In this document: positions 1 through 14,434 of the stretch, piece by piece
Layout of the letters: every line of letters starts with the position of its first letter
Position numbering within the stretch: the first letter of the stretch is position 1
Assembly: GCA_963737905.1 (NCBI GenBank)
Contig: CAVTUQ010000027.1
Coordinates: 75,635-139,634, forward strand
DNA: 64,000 nucleotides
Source of the DNA: an uncultured delta proteobacterium
Lineage (GTDB): Bacteria > Desulfobacterota > Binatia > UBA9968
Direction of reading: 5' to 3'
The notes under the pieces: model-generated
The model's database searches: none
What the model was told of the DNA's origin: nothing
Seen by the model: the letters and a program-made list of their open reading frames with translations, nothing else
Position numbers and translations under genes: made by a program

Positions 1-198
1 AGACGAGGGGTTAAGGTATTCGGCGGCGAAACAGTGCGGGCCGGCAATATTATTGTTCGCCAACTGGGTACTCGTATCCACCCGGGGAAAAACGTGGGTA
101 TGGGTCGGGACTTTACGTTGTTCGCCAAGGTCGACGGAATCGTCAAGTACGATCGCCTCGACAAGGAACGCAAGCGGGTTAACGTAACGCCTGCCTAG
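1..198 (+). CDS. rpmA: 50S ribosomal protein L27 (5'-truncated by window edge)
   Basis: Frame 1 translates to [46 protein letters not shown]...VTPA*; L27 signature; lies directly upstream of obg as usual. Confidence 0.97.
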   Translation, partial: RRGVKVFGGETVRAGNIIVRQLGTRIHPGKNVGMGRDFTLFAKVDGIVKYDRLDKERKRVNVTPA

Positions 199-217
199 CG
201 TGGCGTAGTGTGAATCG

Positions 218-244
218 AAAAGCCCCTTACGGGGCTTTTTTTTT
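218..244 (+). terminator. Rho-independent terminator after rpmA
   Basis: AAAAGCCCC-TTAC-GGGGCTTTT hairpin followed by a T-tract. Confidence 0.85.
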
Positions 245-281
245 GCCCGCATAAAGGCAATGATGGGCCCGCGGGTGGCAA

Positions 282-1322
282 ATGAAGTTCATTGACGAAG
301 TAAAAATCCGCGTCATCGCGGGTGACGGCGGGCGGGGCTGCGTCAGTTTCCGGCGCGAAAAATTCGTCCCTCGCGGCGGCCCCAATGGCGGCAATGGTGG
401 AAAAGGTGGAGACGTCATTGCCTTGGCCGATCCGCAGCTTACGACGCTTCTGGACCTGCGCTACCAAAAACAGTACAAGGCGGGTCGCGGCGAGCATGGA
501 TTGGGGAAAGATCAGCACGGAAAAACGGGCGAAGACCGGATCATCAAGGTTCCCGTCGGCACCATCATTCGAGATGCCGGAACCGGTGAACTACTGGGAG
601 ATTTAAAGGAGGCTCAGCAACAAGTTGTCGTGGCCGCCGGTGGCCGAGGGGGCAAGGGCAACGCCCATTTCGTTTCGTCGACTCATCGAAGTCCGCGCTT
701 CGCCCAACCCGGCGAGCCGGGGGAAGACAAGGAATTAGAAATCGAGCTCAGGTTGTTGGCCGACGTTGGTATTATCGGCCTACCTAATGCCGGAAAATCA
801 ACCTTGATCGCCGCGATTTCCGCCGTGCGACCGAAGATTGCCGACTATCCATTCACGACTCTGGTGCCCAACCTGGGTGTCGTCGGCTATGGGGATGGGA
901 AGAGTTTTGTGGTAGCGGATATTCCCGGACTTATCGAAGGGGCGCACGAAGGCCACGGGTTGGGAGACAAGTTTTTGCGGCATGTGACGCGGACGAGTTT
1001 GTTGATTCATTTGCTGGATGCATCGAATATCGATGAAAAAGATCCGATCGCCCAGTGGAGGACCGTCAACCGGGAGCTCGAACTGTTCGATCCGGAGCTG
1101 GGGAAAAAACCACAGCTCGTTGTGGCCAACAAAATCGACCTGCCGGCGGGAAAAAACGGAGCGGAACTTCTGGCGAAACAATTGCCGAAGGGCTACCAGC
1201 CGCCGCACACCATTTCCGCTGCAACGATGGAGGGGGTGCGAAGGTTAGTGCAGTATCTTGGGATGAGATTGGAAGAGATCAAGAGACAAGATGAAACCGC
1301 CCATGAGGCAGCTGGATTATAA
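282..1322 (+). CDS. obgE: GTPase ObgE/CgtA
   Basis: MKFIDEV..GGRGCVSFRREKFVPRGGPNGG Obg fold; GLPNAGKST, YPFTT, DIPG, NKID motifs. Confidence 0.98.
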   Translation: MKFIDEVKIRVIAGDGGRGCVSFRREKFVPRGGPNGGNGGKGGDVIALADPQLTTLLDLRYQKQYKAGRGEHGLGKDQHGKTGEDRIIKVPVGTIIRDAGTGELLGDLKEAQQQVVVAAGGRGGKGNAHFVSSTHRSPRFAQPGEPGEDKELEIELRLLADVGIIGLPNAGKSTLIAAISAVRPKIADYPFTTLVPNLGVVGYGDGKSFVVADIPGLIEGAHEGHGLGDKFLRHVTRTSLLIHLLDASNIDEKDPIAQWRTVNRELELFDPELGKKPQLVVANKIDLPAGKNGAELLAKQLPKGYQPPHTISAATMEGVRRLVQYLGMRLEEIKRQDETAHEAAGL

Positions 1323-2439
1323 GAAGCAGATCTTGCGCCGCGCCCGCCGCGTTATTGTCAAAATCGGGAGTCAAATCCTCTCGTCACAAAATGGGATGGA
1401 GGAGGGGCGGCTAAAGGACTTGGTGCGCGATCTCGCAGCTCTCCATGATCAAAAAAAAGACCTTATTGTGGTGAGCTCCGGCGCGGTCTCCGCAGGAATG
1501 ACGCGCCTCGGCGTCAAAGAGAGACCCAGGACCATTCCACAGAAACAGGCATTGGCCGCAGTCGGCCAGATCAAACTGATGGCGATGTACGAGCGCTATT
1601 TCTCGCGTTTCGAGAAGAATGTTGCGCAGGTGCTGTTGACCCACGAAGATCTTGCGAATCGTCAACGCTATTTGAACGCAAAGCATACCTTTCAAATGTT
1701 GCTGGAATCGTCGATCATCCCCATCGTCAATGAGAATGACACGGTGGCGGTGGAGGAAATGAAGTTCGGGGATAACGACCATTTATCCGCTCTTGTGGCA
1801 ACCCTGCTTGAAGCGGATCTGCTGGTGATTCTAAGCGACGTTCAAGGGGTTTATGACCGAGATCCTAGAGTTTATAGCGACGCTGAATGGATTGCTTTGA
1901 TAACCGACATTAAAGAGACGGCGCGGAAAATCAGCGGCGAGAGCCAAAGCCCGTTTGGGACCGGCGGCATTGCGACGAAGCTGGATGCCGCGGAGAAGGC
2001 GGCGGCGGCGGGAATTCCGACCTTGATTAGCAGCGGCCTGCAAGCCGGAGCGCTTAGCCGGGTCTTTGATTCAACTGAGGAAGTGGGCACGCTGATCATT
2101 CCCGACGAGAATCGTTTGACCATTCGAAAGCACTGGATCGCCTACAATCTAAAACCCGCGGGCGAGATCGTTGTCGATGAGGGCGCCCATGACGCTGTCG
2201 TCAGCCGGGGAAAAAGCTTGTTACCCTCCGGTTTGAAGGAAATTCGCGGTTCCTTTGGTGTGGGTGAATGTGTGCGCTGTCTTGATCCACAGGGACGAGA
2301 GTTCGCCCGCGGCTTGGTCAATTACAACGCCCAGGAGTTGAATCAGATCAAAGGATTGCATACAAGCAAGATTGACAAAGTCCTGGGCTACAAGGCTTAC
2401 GACGAGATTATTCACCGGGATGATCTTGTGATTCTATAG
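1291..2439 (+). CDS. proB: Glutamate 5-kinase (with PUA domain); true start may be 1303
   Basis: VKIGS, VSSGA, NENDTV, FGDND, GTGGIATK motifs; C-terminal PUA domain. Confidence 0.97.
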   Translation: MKPPMRQLDYKKQILRRARRVIVKIGSQILSSQNGMEEGRLKDLVRDLAALHDQKKDLIVVSSGAVSAGMTRLGVKERPRTIPQKQALAAVGQIKLMAMYERYFSRFEKNVAQVLLTHEDLANRQRYLNAKHTFQMLLESSIIPIVNENDTVAVEEMKFGDNDHLSALVATLLEADLLVILSDVQGVYDRDPRVYSDAEWIALITDIKETARKISGESQSPFGTGGIATKLDAAEKAAAAGIPTLISSGLQAGALSRVFDSTEEVGTLIIPDENRLTIRKHWIAYNLKPAGEIVVDEGAHDAVVSRGKSLLPSGLKEIRGSFGVGECVRCLDPQGREFARGLVNYNAQELNQIKGLHTSKIDKVLGYKAYDEIIHRDDLVIL

Positions 2440-2442
2440 AGC

Positions 2443-3714
2443 ATGTCCATTAAGCAGGAATCCATAGAAGACGAAGCGATCCGCTTGGCTAAGCAGGCCA
2501 AGGCGGCGTCTCGGCAACTGGCGCCGATCTCTTCAGCCGAAAAAAACCGCGCCCTCCATTTGATGGCGGACCGGCTCGAGGCGCAAAGCGATTACCTCCT
2601 CGAAGAAAACAAGAAAGACCTGGACGCCGCGAAGAAAGCGGGTGCCTCCGGCGCCCTGCTCGACCGAATTGCGCTCGATCCCGGTCGGGTTTACGGGATG
2701 GCGAAAGGCCTTCGAGACGTTGCCGTCTTGCCTGATCCCGTGCGCGAGGTCGTGAAAATGTGGCGGCGGCCCAACGGGCTACAAGTCGGGAGGATGCGAA
2801 TCCCGCTTGGTGTCATCGCTATCATTTACGAGGCGCGGCCGAATGTTACGGCGGACGCAGCGGCGCTGTGCCTCAAGTCCGGCAATGCCGTCATTCTCAG
2901 AGGCGGTAGCGAGGCGCATTTTTCCAATCATGCGATCGGGCAGATCTTAAGAAAGGCTTGTGCAGAGACGCGTGTGCCGCGGGAGGCGGTGCAAATTGTC
3001 CAGACTAAAGACCATGCTTTCGTCAAGCAGCTGCTCCAGCTGGAAGAATACATTGACCTGGTTATCCCGCGGGGTGGCGAAGAACTGATTCGGACCGTGG
3101 CCGGCCATTCGAAGGTGCCGGTGATTAAGCACTACAAGGGGGTATGTCACATCTACGTCGATGCCGACGCTTCCCTGGAGATGGCGGAGCGTATTTGCAT
3201 GAACGCTAAAGTGCAGCGCCCATCGGTGTGCAACGCCATGGAGACACTTCTTGTGCATGAAGCGATAGCGGCCACATTGTTACCTTCTTTGATTGCCAAA
3301 TATCAAGCCGCGGGGGTGGAAATCCGGGGGTGTGAAAAAACCTGCGCTCTGGTTGCCGGAGTTAAAAAAGCCACGGAGGCGGACTGGAACACCGAGTACC
3401 TTGATCTGATTCTCTCGATACGAGTCGTAAAAGATATGGATGAAGCCATCGATCACATTCAGCGCTACGGCTCTGAGCATACAGAGAGTATCGTCACCAC
3501 TAGTTATCAGAGCTCGAGAGATTTTATCGATCGAGTGAATTCATCCGCGGTCATGGTCAACGCTTCTACCCGGTTTAACGATGGGGGCGAATTGGGGTTG
3601 GGCGCGGAGATCGGCATCAGCACGAGCAAGATTCACGCCTTCGGGCCCATGGGATTGGAAGAGCTGACGACGACCAAGTTTGTTGTGTTGGGGGATGGGC
3701 AGATCCGGGAATGA
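2443..3714 (+). CDS. proA: Glutamate-5-semialdehyde dehydrogenase
   Basis: PLGVIAIIYEARPNVT, VCNAMETLL, NASTRFNDG..GAEIGIST motifs; follows proB. Confidence 0.98.
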   Translation: MSIKQESIEDEAIRLAKQAKAASRQLAPISSAEKNRALHLMADRLEAQSDYLLEENKKDLDAAKKAGASGALLDRIALDPGRVYGMAKGLRDVAVLPDPVREVVKMWRRPNGLQVGRMRIPLGVIAIIYEARPNVTADAAALCLKSGNAVILRGGSEAHFSNHAIGQILRKACAETRVPREAVQIVQTKDHAFVKQLLQLEEYIDLVIPRGGEELIRTVAGHSKVPVIKHYKGVCHIYVDADASLEMAERICMNAKVQRPSVCNAMETLLVHEAIAATLLPSLIAKYQAAGVEIRGCEKTCALVAGVKKATEADWNTEYLDLILSIRVVKDMDEAIDHIQRYGSEHTESIVTTSYQSSRDFIDRVNSSAVMVNASTRFNDGGELGLGAEIGISTSKIHAFGPMGLEELTTTKFVVLGDGQIRE

Positions 3715-3750
3715 CGACTCCCCTGAGAAAAACCCACCCTCCCTTCGTCA

Positions 3751-3786
3751 GTTTCAGTTTCGAGTTTCGGGTTTCGAGTTCGAAAA
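3751..3786. repeat. Short heptamer tandem repeat (GTTTCGA-like x4-5)
   Basis: gtttca gtttcga gtttcgg gtttcga gttcgaa in the proA-nadD intergenic region. Confidence 0.7.
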
Positions 3787-3903
3787 GGGTTCGAAGATCA
3801 ATCCTTCTGGTCCCGGCGGTGACGTTCTAGCCCACGCAATGTTCGTGCGCCTCGCATCTGGAAACTTTGTGAGCGGTCTGCACCGGAAACGAATCAATAC
3901 CCC

Positions 3904-4566
3904 ATGAGGATCGGTCTTTTCGGCGGCACTTTCGATCCGATTCATTGGGGCCATCTTCGCAGCGCCGAAGAGGTGAGCGAAAGCTTTGATCTAGATCGTG
4001 TCCTTTTTATTCCTGCCTCGATTCCGCCTCACAAGAGAGGGCAAACGACGACGCCGGCACGGGACCGCCTGGCGATGGTTCGTTTGGCGGTGGCAAAGAA
4101 TCCCCGCTTTGAGGTATCGACGGTGGAGATTGCGCGGCCCGGCGTTTCCTATTCCATCGATACGGTCCGCCATTTCGCCAAACGAAAACGCCAGGGCGAT
4201 TCACTTTTTTTTATCATTGGTCTCGATGCCTTCCGGGAAATCGGCTCCTGGAAGGACTTTGCAGGGATTTTTCCGCTTTGTGATTTTATTGTGACTTCCC
4301 GGCCTGGCAGTAAAGACAGCGATCCGCTTCGCGGCACCGGCGTTGCCGTAAAAAAACTCTTTTGTTATGATTTTAAAGGGAGACACTATCGACACGGGAG
4401 CGGCAGCCGCGTTTTCTTTATTAAACTAACGGATATCTCTATTTCAGCATCGGATATAAGAGGGCGAGTAAAGGAAGGTAAGTCTATTCGGTACTTGGTG
4501 CCTTCGAGAGTTGAGACTTATATTAAAAAACAAGGCCTCTATCGAAATCACCGGGAGGAGCGTTAA
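3904..4566 (+). CDS. nadD: Nicotinate-nucleotide adenylyltransferase
   Basis: GLFGGTFDPIHWGH, SYSIDT, ISASDIR motifs. Confidence 0.97.
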   Translation: MRIGLFGGTFDPIHWGHLRSAEEVSESFDLDRVLFIPASIPPHKRGQTTTPARDRLAMVRLAVAKNPRFEVSTVEIARPGVSYSIDTVRHFAKRKRQGDSLFFIIGLDAFREIGSWKDFAGIFPLCDFIVTSRPGSKDSDPLRGTGVAVKKLFCYDFKGRHYRHGSGSRVFFIKLTDISISASDIRGRVKEGKSIRYLVPSRVETYIKKQGLYRNHREER

Positions 4567-4571
4567 AGGCT

Positions 4572-4976
4572 TTGGCAGCGATTAGCTCCTGGGACAAAGT
4601 CCTTCTCCTGACGCGATTCGCCTTGGAGAAAAAGGCCCGTGATCTCGTCGTGATGGAAGTCCGCGAACTGACTTCCATCGCAGACTATTTCATTATCTGT
4701 TCAGGGAGTTCCGATCGACAGGTTCAGAGCATTGCCCAAGGGGTCGAAGAGAATTTAAGCGAGGCCGGTCATTCCCCGCTGTCTGTGGAAGGCGCCCATC
4801 GCGGCCATTGGGTGTTAATGGATTTTTCCGACGTCATCGTGCACATTTTCTACGAACCGGTGCGCGAGTTCTACGATCTCGAAGGACTGTGGGGGCACGC
4901 ACCCCGCGTTGAGCTGCCCGAGCCTTATTCAAAATTGGTCGACCAGTTTCAAGCCGCGGATCACCAGCTATCGTAA
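4572..4976 (+). CDS. rsfS: Ribosome silencing factor (Iojap family)
   Basis: ADYFIICSG.S.RQV, WVLMDFSDVIVHIF..REFYDLEGLW; follows nadD. Confidence 0.95.
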   Translation: MAAISSWDKVLLLTRFALEKKARDLVVMEVRELTSIADYFIICSGSSDRQVQSIAQGVEENLSEAGHSPLSVEGAHRGHWVLMDFSDVIVHIFYEPVREFYDLEGLWGHAPRVELPEPYSKLVDQFQAADHQLS

Positions 4977-5056
4977 GAGCATAGAATGGACTCAGCTTCG
5001 ATTGACCTTCAGCGGGCGACCCTTCGTGCGGCAATCCCAAAGAAAAGGAAAGCCTC

Positions 5057-6601
5057 TTGAGGACAAAGCAACCCGTGATTCTAGTGATCTTGGACGGATG
5101 GGGAATCAATCCAAGAAAAGAGGGTAATGCCATTGCTCAGGCTTCGATTCCGAACATCGATAAGTTGACTCGGGAGTTTCCGGTGTCGAGTCTCTCTATG
5201 TCTGGAGTGGATGTCGGTTTGCCTGAAGGCCAAATGGGAAATTCCGAAGTCGGCCACATGATCCTCGGCGCGGGACGCATCGTCTACCAAGATCTCACGC
5301 TTATTCACAAAGACATTGATAAAGGCACTTTCTATAGCAATAGGAATCTCCTGGATGCCCTGAGAAAGACGCGGGATAAGACTGGCCGGCTTCACTTGAT
5401 GGGTCTATTGGGGGATGGCGGCGTGCACAGCCATCAGCGTCACATGGAAGCATTGATTGAGATGGCGCGGCGCGAAAAGGTCGGGACCGTTTTTCTCCAT
5501 CTCTTTCTGGACGGCCGGGATACTCCGCCGAACAGCGCTGAGCAGTTCGTGCTCGATCTCAACGAGAAGCTGAAGGCTTATCCGGAGGTTCGGATTGCCA
5601 CGGTGAGCGGGCGATACTATGCCATGGATCGCGACAAACGATGGGACAGAACCGAGAAAGCGTACCTTTGCTTGACCGAGGGGTCCGGAAACAAAGCGAA
5701 TTCGGCGTTGGAGGCGATTCGCGAAAGTTACGAGCAAAAAGTCACGGATGAGTTTGTTTTACCGACCGTCATCAGCGGTGGGGCGCCGGAGGGCTTGATC
5801 CGTGACGGCGACGGGGTGATCTTCTTCAATTTTAGGGCCGACCGGGCGCGGCAGTTGACCCGCGCCCTGACGGAAGAGGATTTCACAGAGTTTCCGCGCA
5901 AGCGACGCGTGGTGCTTTCTGCGTTTGCAACGATGACGCAATACGACGAAACCTTCAAAGTGCCGGTCGCCTATCCGCCCAGGGAAATCAAAAAGATTCT
6001 TGGGGAACTCGCGAGTCAAGCGGGGATCCGCCAGCTACGTGTCGCGGAGACGGAAAAGTACGCGCATGTGACGTACTTTTTTAACGGGGGCGAAGAGAGT
6101 AAATTCCCAGGTGAAGAGCGCATTCTGATCCCTTCACCCAAAGATGTCGCTACCTATGATCTGAAGCCCGAGATGAGCGCTCGCAAAGTGACGGAGGCCC
6201 TGATCGAGCAATTGCGCGAACACGATATCGGCTTGGTCGTTGCCAACTATGCGAATGCCGACATGGTGGGTCATACCGGGAACTTTGAGGCCGCGGTGAA
6301 AGCTTGCGAAGTCATCGACGAGTGCCTCGGCAGAGTGGTGGACGCTGCGATGGGCAAGAAGGGTAAAATGATCATCACGGCGGACCACGGCAACATCGAG
6401 CAGCTCATCGACTACGATACGGGCATGCCGCACACGGCCCATACCACCAACCGGGTGCCGCTGATTTTGGTCGATGAAGAGCGGAAAAAGAGCCGCCTGA
6501 ACAAAGGAACCGCCATCGATGTTGCGCCCACAGTTTTACAGCTTCTCGAATTGCCTCAACCCGAGGAGATGACCGGTCACTCATTGGTCGTCGATTCCTA
6601 A
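5057..6601 (+). CDS. gpmI: 2,3-bisphosphoglycerate-independent phosphoglycerate mutase
   Basis: ILDGWG, GQMGNSEVGH, DGRDT, GRYYAMDRD, AETEKYAHVT, DMVGHTG motifs. Confidence 0.97.
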   Translation: MRTKQPVILVILDGWGINPRKEGNAIAQASIPNIDKLTREFPVSSLSMSGVDVGLPEGQMGNSEVGHMILGAGRIVYQDLTLIHKDIDKGTFYSNRNLLDALRKTRDKTGRLHLMGLLGDGGVHSHQRHMEALIEMARREKVGTVFLHLFLDGRDTPPNSAEQFVLDLNEKLKAYPEVRIATVSGRYYAMDRDKRWDRTEKAYLCLTEGSGNKANSALEAIRESYEQKVTDEFVLPTVISGGAPEGLIRDGDGVIFFNFRADRARQLTRALTEEDFTEFPRKRRVVLSAFATMTQYDETFKVPVAYPPREIKKILGELASQAGIRQLRVAETEKYAHVTYFFNGGEESKFPGEERILIPSPKDVATYDLKPEMSARKVTEALIEQLREHDIGLVVANYANADMVGHTGNFEAAVKACEVIDECLGRVVDAAMGKKGKMIITADHGNIEQLIDYDTGMPHTAHTTNRVPLILVDEERKKSRLNKGTAIDVAPTVLQLLELPQPEEMTGHSLVVDS

Positions 6602-6699
6602 CCGGGACGTGGCTGTCCTCCTCTCCGATTAGCATCCGCGTTGGCCTTTATCGCCTTCTTCTGTTTACCTTCACTGATCTGGTAAGATCGGATGGCTCT

Positions 6700-7464
6700 A
6701 TGGATCTGGCGCTACAACCCACGCTCACAGATCGTTTTGATTGGCTGGTTGATTGGCTATATCCCCCGCGCTGCCGCGCCTGCGGCGGTAGAATTTACGG
6801 ACGCGATGCTGAGTACTTGTGCGGCGAGTGTTGGCCTCAGATCCGCCTCGTTTCCCATCCATTGTGCAGCGTATGCGGCCGCCCGTTCTTCGACGCCAGC
6901 GGAGATGACCATCATTGTGCCGCCTGTTTGGCGCGACCGCCCTATTTCGTCCGCGCCCGAGCCTGGGGCTGCTATCCCAGAGACGAGATTGCCGAGCATC
7001 CACTCCGCCAGGTGGTGCAAAAGTTCAAATACGGCCGCAAAGTTTCTCTCGGTAAGCCATTGGGACGGCTCATGGCGCAAGGTTGTCAGGAATTCTTAAA
7101 GGAGTGTCAGGCGGATTTGATTGTTCCTGTTCCTCTTCATCCTAAGCGGCTACGGTGGCGAGGATTCAATCAGTCTCTATTGCTAGCACGGCAGGTCAGT
7201 CGCTTATACAAGGTGCCCCTCGAGCCCTTTGTGTTATGCCGCGACAGAGAGACGGCTCCGCAGACTCTGCTCGCTGAAGACGACAGAAGGAAGAACGTTC
7301 GGGGCGCGTTCGCGGTGTATCCCGAGAAATCATTGAAAGAGCGAAAGGTGCTTCTGGTGGACGATGTTTATACCTCTGGTGCAACGGCGAATGAGTGCAG
7401 TCGCGCTTTGGTCCAAGGCGGGGCGACAGAGGTCTATGTAATCACGTTGGCGCGAACGGTTTAG
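6700..7464 (+). CDS. comF: ComF family protein (double zinc ribbon + PRTase)
   Basis: CxxC pairs; VPVPLH..RL..RGFNQS; LLVDDVYTSGAT. Confidence 0.9.
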   Translation: MDLALQPTLTDRFDWLVDWLYPPRCRACGGRIYGRDAEYLCGECWPQIRLVSHPLCSVCGRPFFDASGDDHHCAACLARPPYFVRARAWGCYPRDEIAEHPLRQVVQKFKYGRKVSLGKPLGRLMAQGCQEFLKECQADLIVPVPLHPKRLRWRGFNQSLLLARQVSRLYKVPLEPFVLCRDRETAPQTLLAEDDRRKNVRGAFAVYPEKSLKERKVLLVDDVYTSGATANECSRALVQGGATEVYVITLARTV

Positions 7465-7495
7465 ACGACCGCTTGGGCCCGCGCCCCGATCGCTC

Positions 7496-8092
7496 TTGGG
7501 AAAATCGACAATGGCTTTGGATGATCGAGCAAGATGGGATGAAAAGCACGCGGCGGAACACGCGACGCAAAAACCCTCGAGGTTCTTGAAGGAAATATTC
7601 GAAGCCGACTCGTGGCCGCTTCCAAAAGGCCGAGCCTTAGACATCGCCACCGGAAAGGGACGTAATGCGATCTTTTTAGCGGAGCGCGGTTTTCAAGTGG
7701 TCGGGATCGATATCTCACCGGTTGCCCTGGAAACGGCGCGCCGAATTTCCCGGGAAAAATCCCTGGCCATCGACTGGCAAGAAGCGGATTTAGAGCGTTT
7801 CGATCTTCCCCAGGGGGATTATGACCTGGTTCTGAATCTTAATTATTTGCAGCGGTCTCTGGTGCCGCAAATCAAAAAGACCCTCAAGCCCGGTGGATGG
7901 GTAATCTTTGAGACCTATTTGACCGATCAATCGAAGATCGGTCATGTAACAAGCCCTGCCTATCTCCTTCTTCACAATGAGCTGCTGGACTTCTTCCGTG
8001 ATTTTCGTGTTCTTTACTATCGCGAGGGAAAATTCCCACAATCGAGCGGGAGCGAGTTTCGCGCGGGGCTGTTGGCTCAGAAGGGGAGTTAG
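7496..8092 (+). CDS. Class I SAM-dependent methyltransferase (TehB-like)
   Basis: ALDIATGKGRNAIFLA..GIDIS; LKPGG. Confidence 0.85.
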   Translation: MGKSTMALDDRARWDEKHAAEHATQKPSRFLKEIFEADSWPLPKGRALDIATGKGRNAIFLAERGFQVVGIDISPVALETARRISREKSLAIDWQEADLERFDLPQGDYDLVLNLNYLQRSLVPQIKKTLKPGGWVIFETYLTDQSKIGHVTSPAYLLLHNELLDFFRDFRVLYYREGKFPQSSGSEFRAGLLAQKGS

Positions 8093-8195
8093 AACGAGCT
8101 TCGATATTGTGCGCAGATGCCCTGTCGCGTCACCGATCTTAGCGTCTAAAACAAGCCCGCTTCAAGAATAGTTTTAGGTAGCAATAAATGTCCGG

Positions 8196-8246
8196 TTGCA
8201 TATCTATCTAAATATCTATATATTGTGATGTCAAGGTATTTGAAAT
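8196..8246 (+). promoter_or_regulatory. Sigma-70 promoter plus palindromic operator overlapping the start of the ArsR-MTase gene
   Basis: TTGCAT(8196)-17 bp-TATATT(8219); imperfect palindrome atgTCAAggtatTTGAaat at 8228-8246. Confidence 0.65.
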
Positions 8247-9233
8247 GGATTTCGTTCGTACCCTCAAGGCCCTGGCCGATCCGATACGGCTTCGCGTGTT
8301 AGCGGCCGTGGCGGAAGAAGAGTTGACGGTGGGCGAGGTACAGGAGGTTGTGGAGTCGGTACAGTCTTCGGTTTCCCGTAATCTCGCGATTCTCCGCGAT
8401 GCGGGATTCGTGCAAGACCGAAAGGAAGGGACGAATGTCTACTTTTCTGTCCGGCAAGACATGCCCGAACCGGCAGGCGAATTGTTCAAGTCGTTGCAGG
8501 CGCGCATGGCTGAGTTGCCGGAGGCCAAAGGGGACCGGGCGCGTTTAGAAGACTGCCGCCGCCGTCGGTTGCACCGTTCGCAAGGCTATTTTGAATCGGT
8601 GGCCGGTGACTGGGAGCGCATTCGCAAGAGCTATTTTGACGATCGGGTCACCTCCCTCGCCATCGAAAAGCTGCTGCCGCGCAATCTTGTCCTTGCCGAT
8701 ATCGGCTGCGGGACCGGGAGCTTGACGGTGGAACTGGCGCGATTCGCCGAGAAGGTCATCGGCATCGATCTCTCCCAGGAAATGTTACGGCGAGCGCGAG
8801 ATATCGCCAAAGAGAGACAGCTCCGTAACGTCGAGTTCCGCCGCGGCGACGCTCTGAAGCTGCCGTTGGAAGCGCGCAGCGTTGATGCGGCATTTTGTGT
8901 CATGGTGCTGCACTTTCTACCAGATCCGCAAGAAGCCGTCGCCGAGCTTTGTCGGATCACGCGCGGCGGCGGTTCCGTGATCGTCGTCGACCTGGTCCAA
9001 CACAATCAAGAATGGATGCGCGAGCAGATGGCCCATCGTTGGCTGGGCTTCGAGAGGAATTCTCTGGAAGAGTGGTTCCGCGATGCCGGAGTCACTGAAA
9101 TCACCTATGAGCTGACAGGGGCCTACGCCGGGGAGAAAATGGTCCGCAACGGCAATCGCCCGGTAGAGATCTTCGTCGCCCGGGCGCACTTACCGATGGG
9201 CGAGGGGACTCAACGAACGAGAAAAGCGAACAG

Positions 9234-9237
<4 letters not shown>
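8245..9237 (+). CDS. ArsR-family HTH fused to SAM-binding methyltransferase domain (SahR/SamR-like methionine-cycle regulator)
   Basis: N-terminal [24 protein letters not shown] ArsR HTH; C-terminal DIGCGTG; overlaps the metH start. Confidence 0.85.
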
Positions 9238-12923
<3,686 letters not shown>

Positions 12924-12946
12924 CGAATGATTCAGTCTCAGCGCGG

Positions 12947-13933
12947 TCAAGGTACGGGAACCAGCTGATCCGTCGCTGAACGGGTATCTTCCTCCCAGAG
13001 TTGAAGTAATTTTTGACTAACCGGACCGGGCTTGCCGTCGCCGATAGGCTTACCATCCCACTGAACCACAGGCGCAACCTTGATAGAGCTGCCGATCAAC
13101 ATCATTTCGGCGGCCTGCCGACCTTCACTGACCGAAACGTCCGCAAGACGGATTCCTTTGAGGTCACCTTGTGCGACCAGACGCTCGGCGAGCTCGAGCA
13201 TCCGCTGGATGGTGATTCCGGAAAGGATCGCGTCGAAGGTGGGATGGCGAAACACCCGGTCTTGCGTGACAAAGGCGACATTCATGTTGGAGCTCTCGGC
13301 GACCATGCCGCGCTGATCGATGAACACACCGTTGTCGGCGCCGTGATCCTTGGCTTCCAGCACGACTAAAACATTGGGCAGATAATTGGTCGACTTGGTG
13401 CGCGCAAAAAGTGGCGGCTTGATGGGGATCTGACTCGTAACCACTTTGACGCCTTCGGTGTAATAGCTTGGCGGGTAGAATTCTTGTTTGAAGACGATGA
13501 CGTAAAAGCTGCTGCCGATGCATTCCGCCGGCCCTAGGGCAAAGCCCCCGGGTCCCGCCGATAACCAGTAACGAACCGACCCGTCGCGCTTGCCGCTGGC
13601 GGCGGCGGTGTCCAAGATAATTTGTCGGAGCTCTTCTCTCGAGAACGGAAGCGCAATGCGCGCCAGCTCCGCGGAACGAAGCAATCGATCCAGGTGAGGA
13701 TCTAATTGATAGAGCATCCCGTGGGTCAAGGTGGCGGTATCGAAGACAGCATGGCCCCGATGAACCATATGATCATCTAGGGGCAAAACCATCAGCGCGG
13801 GATCCGTGACAATACCGCCGAGAACGCTGGAATACATCGAGTAAAAGTTAACCGCTTTGGAATGGACGACTTGCCGGAGGTGAGCGATGGCCTCATCCGT
13901 CACGAAGATCCGTGTTTTCTTCGGGCTCGACAT
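12947..13933 (-). CDS. PLP-dependent aminotransferase class IV (D-amino-acid/ADC-lyase-like)
   Basis: DHMVHRGHAVFDT, HLDRL, KSTNYLPNVL, ILSGIT, GDGKPGP. Confidence 0.9.
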   Translation of the reverse strand: MSSPKKTRIFVTDEAIAHLRQVVHSKAVNFYSMYSSVLGGIVTDPALMVLPLDDHMVHRGHAVFDTATLTHGMLYQLDPHLDRLLRSAELARIALPFSREELRQIILDTAAASGKRDGSVRYWLSAGPGGFALGPAECIGSSFYVIVFKQEFYPPSYYTEGVKVVTSQIPIKPPLFARTKSTNYLPNVLVVLEAKDHGADNGVFIDQRGMVAESSNMNVAFVTQDRVFRHPTFDAILSGITIQRMLELAERLVAQGDLKGIRLADVSVSEGRQAAEMMLIGSSIKVAPVVQWDGKPIGDGKPGPVSQKLLQLWEEDTRSATDQLVPVP

Positions 13934-13984
13934 GCAGGGAGTGGGAGATCACATCAGAAAGACGAATGATGGCGAGAAACAAAA

Positions 13985-14434
13985 TTAGCTGTCGAGTTCG
14001 GGTTTCGGAAGCGCAACAAAAGGAACGCCCTCTTCTGCAAGCTCAGCTGTTTCCTTAGGAGTTGCCGTGCCGTGGATGGGGCGTTCTTCCGCCTTACCGT
14101 GATGAATCTCCCGCGCCTCTTCGGCAAAGCGAGAACCTACGTCTTCAAAATTTTGCTTGATGTAATGATGCACCTGGAGCAGCATTTCTTTAAACTCAGC
14201 GGGTGAGGGTGGTGTCGGAGGCGTCGCCGCCGGCTGCTCGAGCTTTTTCGGCGGAGCCGGCTGTTCTTTCTTCACATGGACGGCGCAGGCATGAGGCATC
14301 TTTTCTACTCGCTTGCTGCCGCATGTCGGGCAAGAAATCAGCTTTTTTTCGGCCTGTTTCTGGAAGTCTTCGAAGCTCGGAAACCAGCCTTCAAATTGAT
14401 GCTTTTTCTTGCAGATAAGGTTGTAGACGACCAT
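13985..14434 (-). CDS. DUF1178 family protein
   Basis: MVVYNLIC..HQFEGWF...CPTCGS; VGSRFAEEAR.IHHG..R.IHG. Confidence 0.85.
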   Translation of the reverse strand: MVVYNLICKKKHQFEGWFPSFEDFQKQAEKKLISCPTCGSKRVEKMPHACAVHVKKEQPAPPKKLEQPAATPPTPPSPAEFKEMLLQVHHYIKQNFEDVGSRFAEEAREIHHGKAEERPIHGTATPKETAELAEEGVPFVALPKPELDS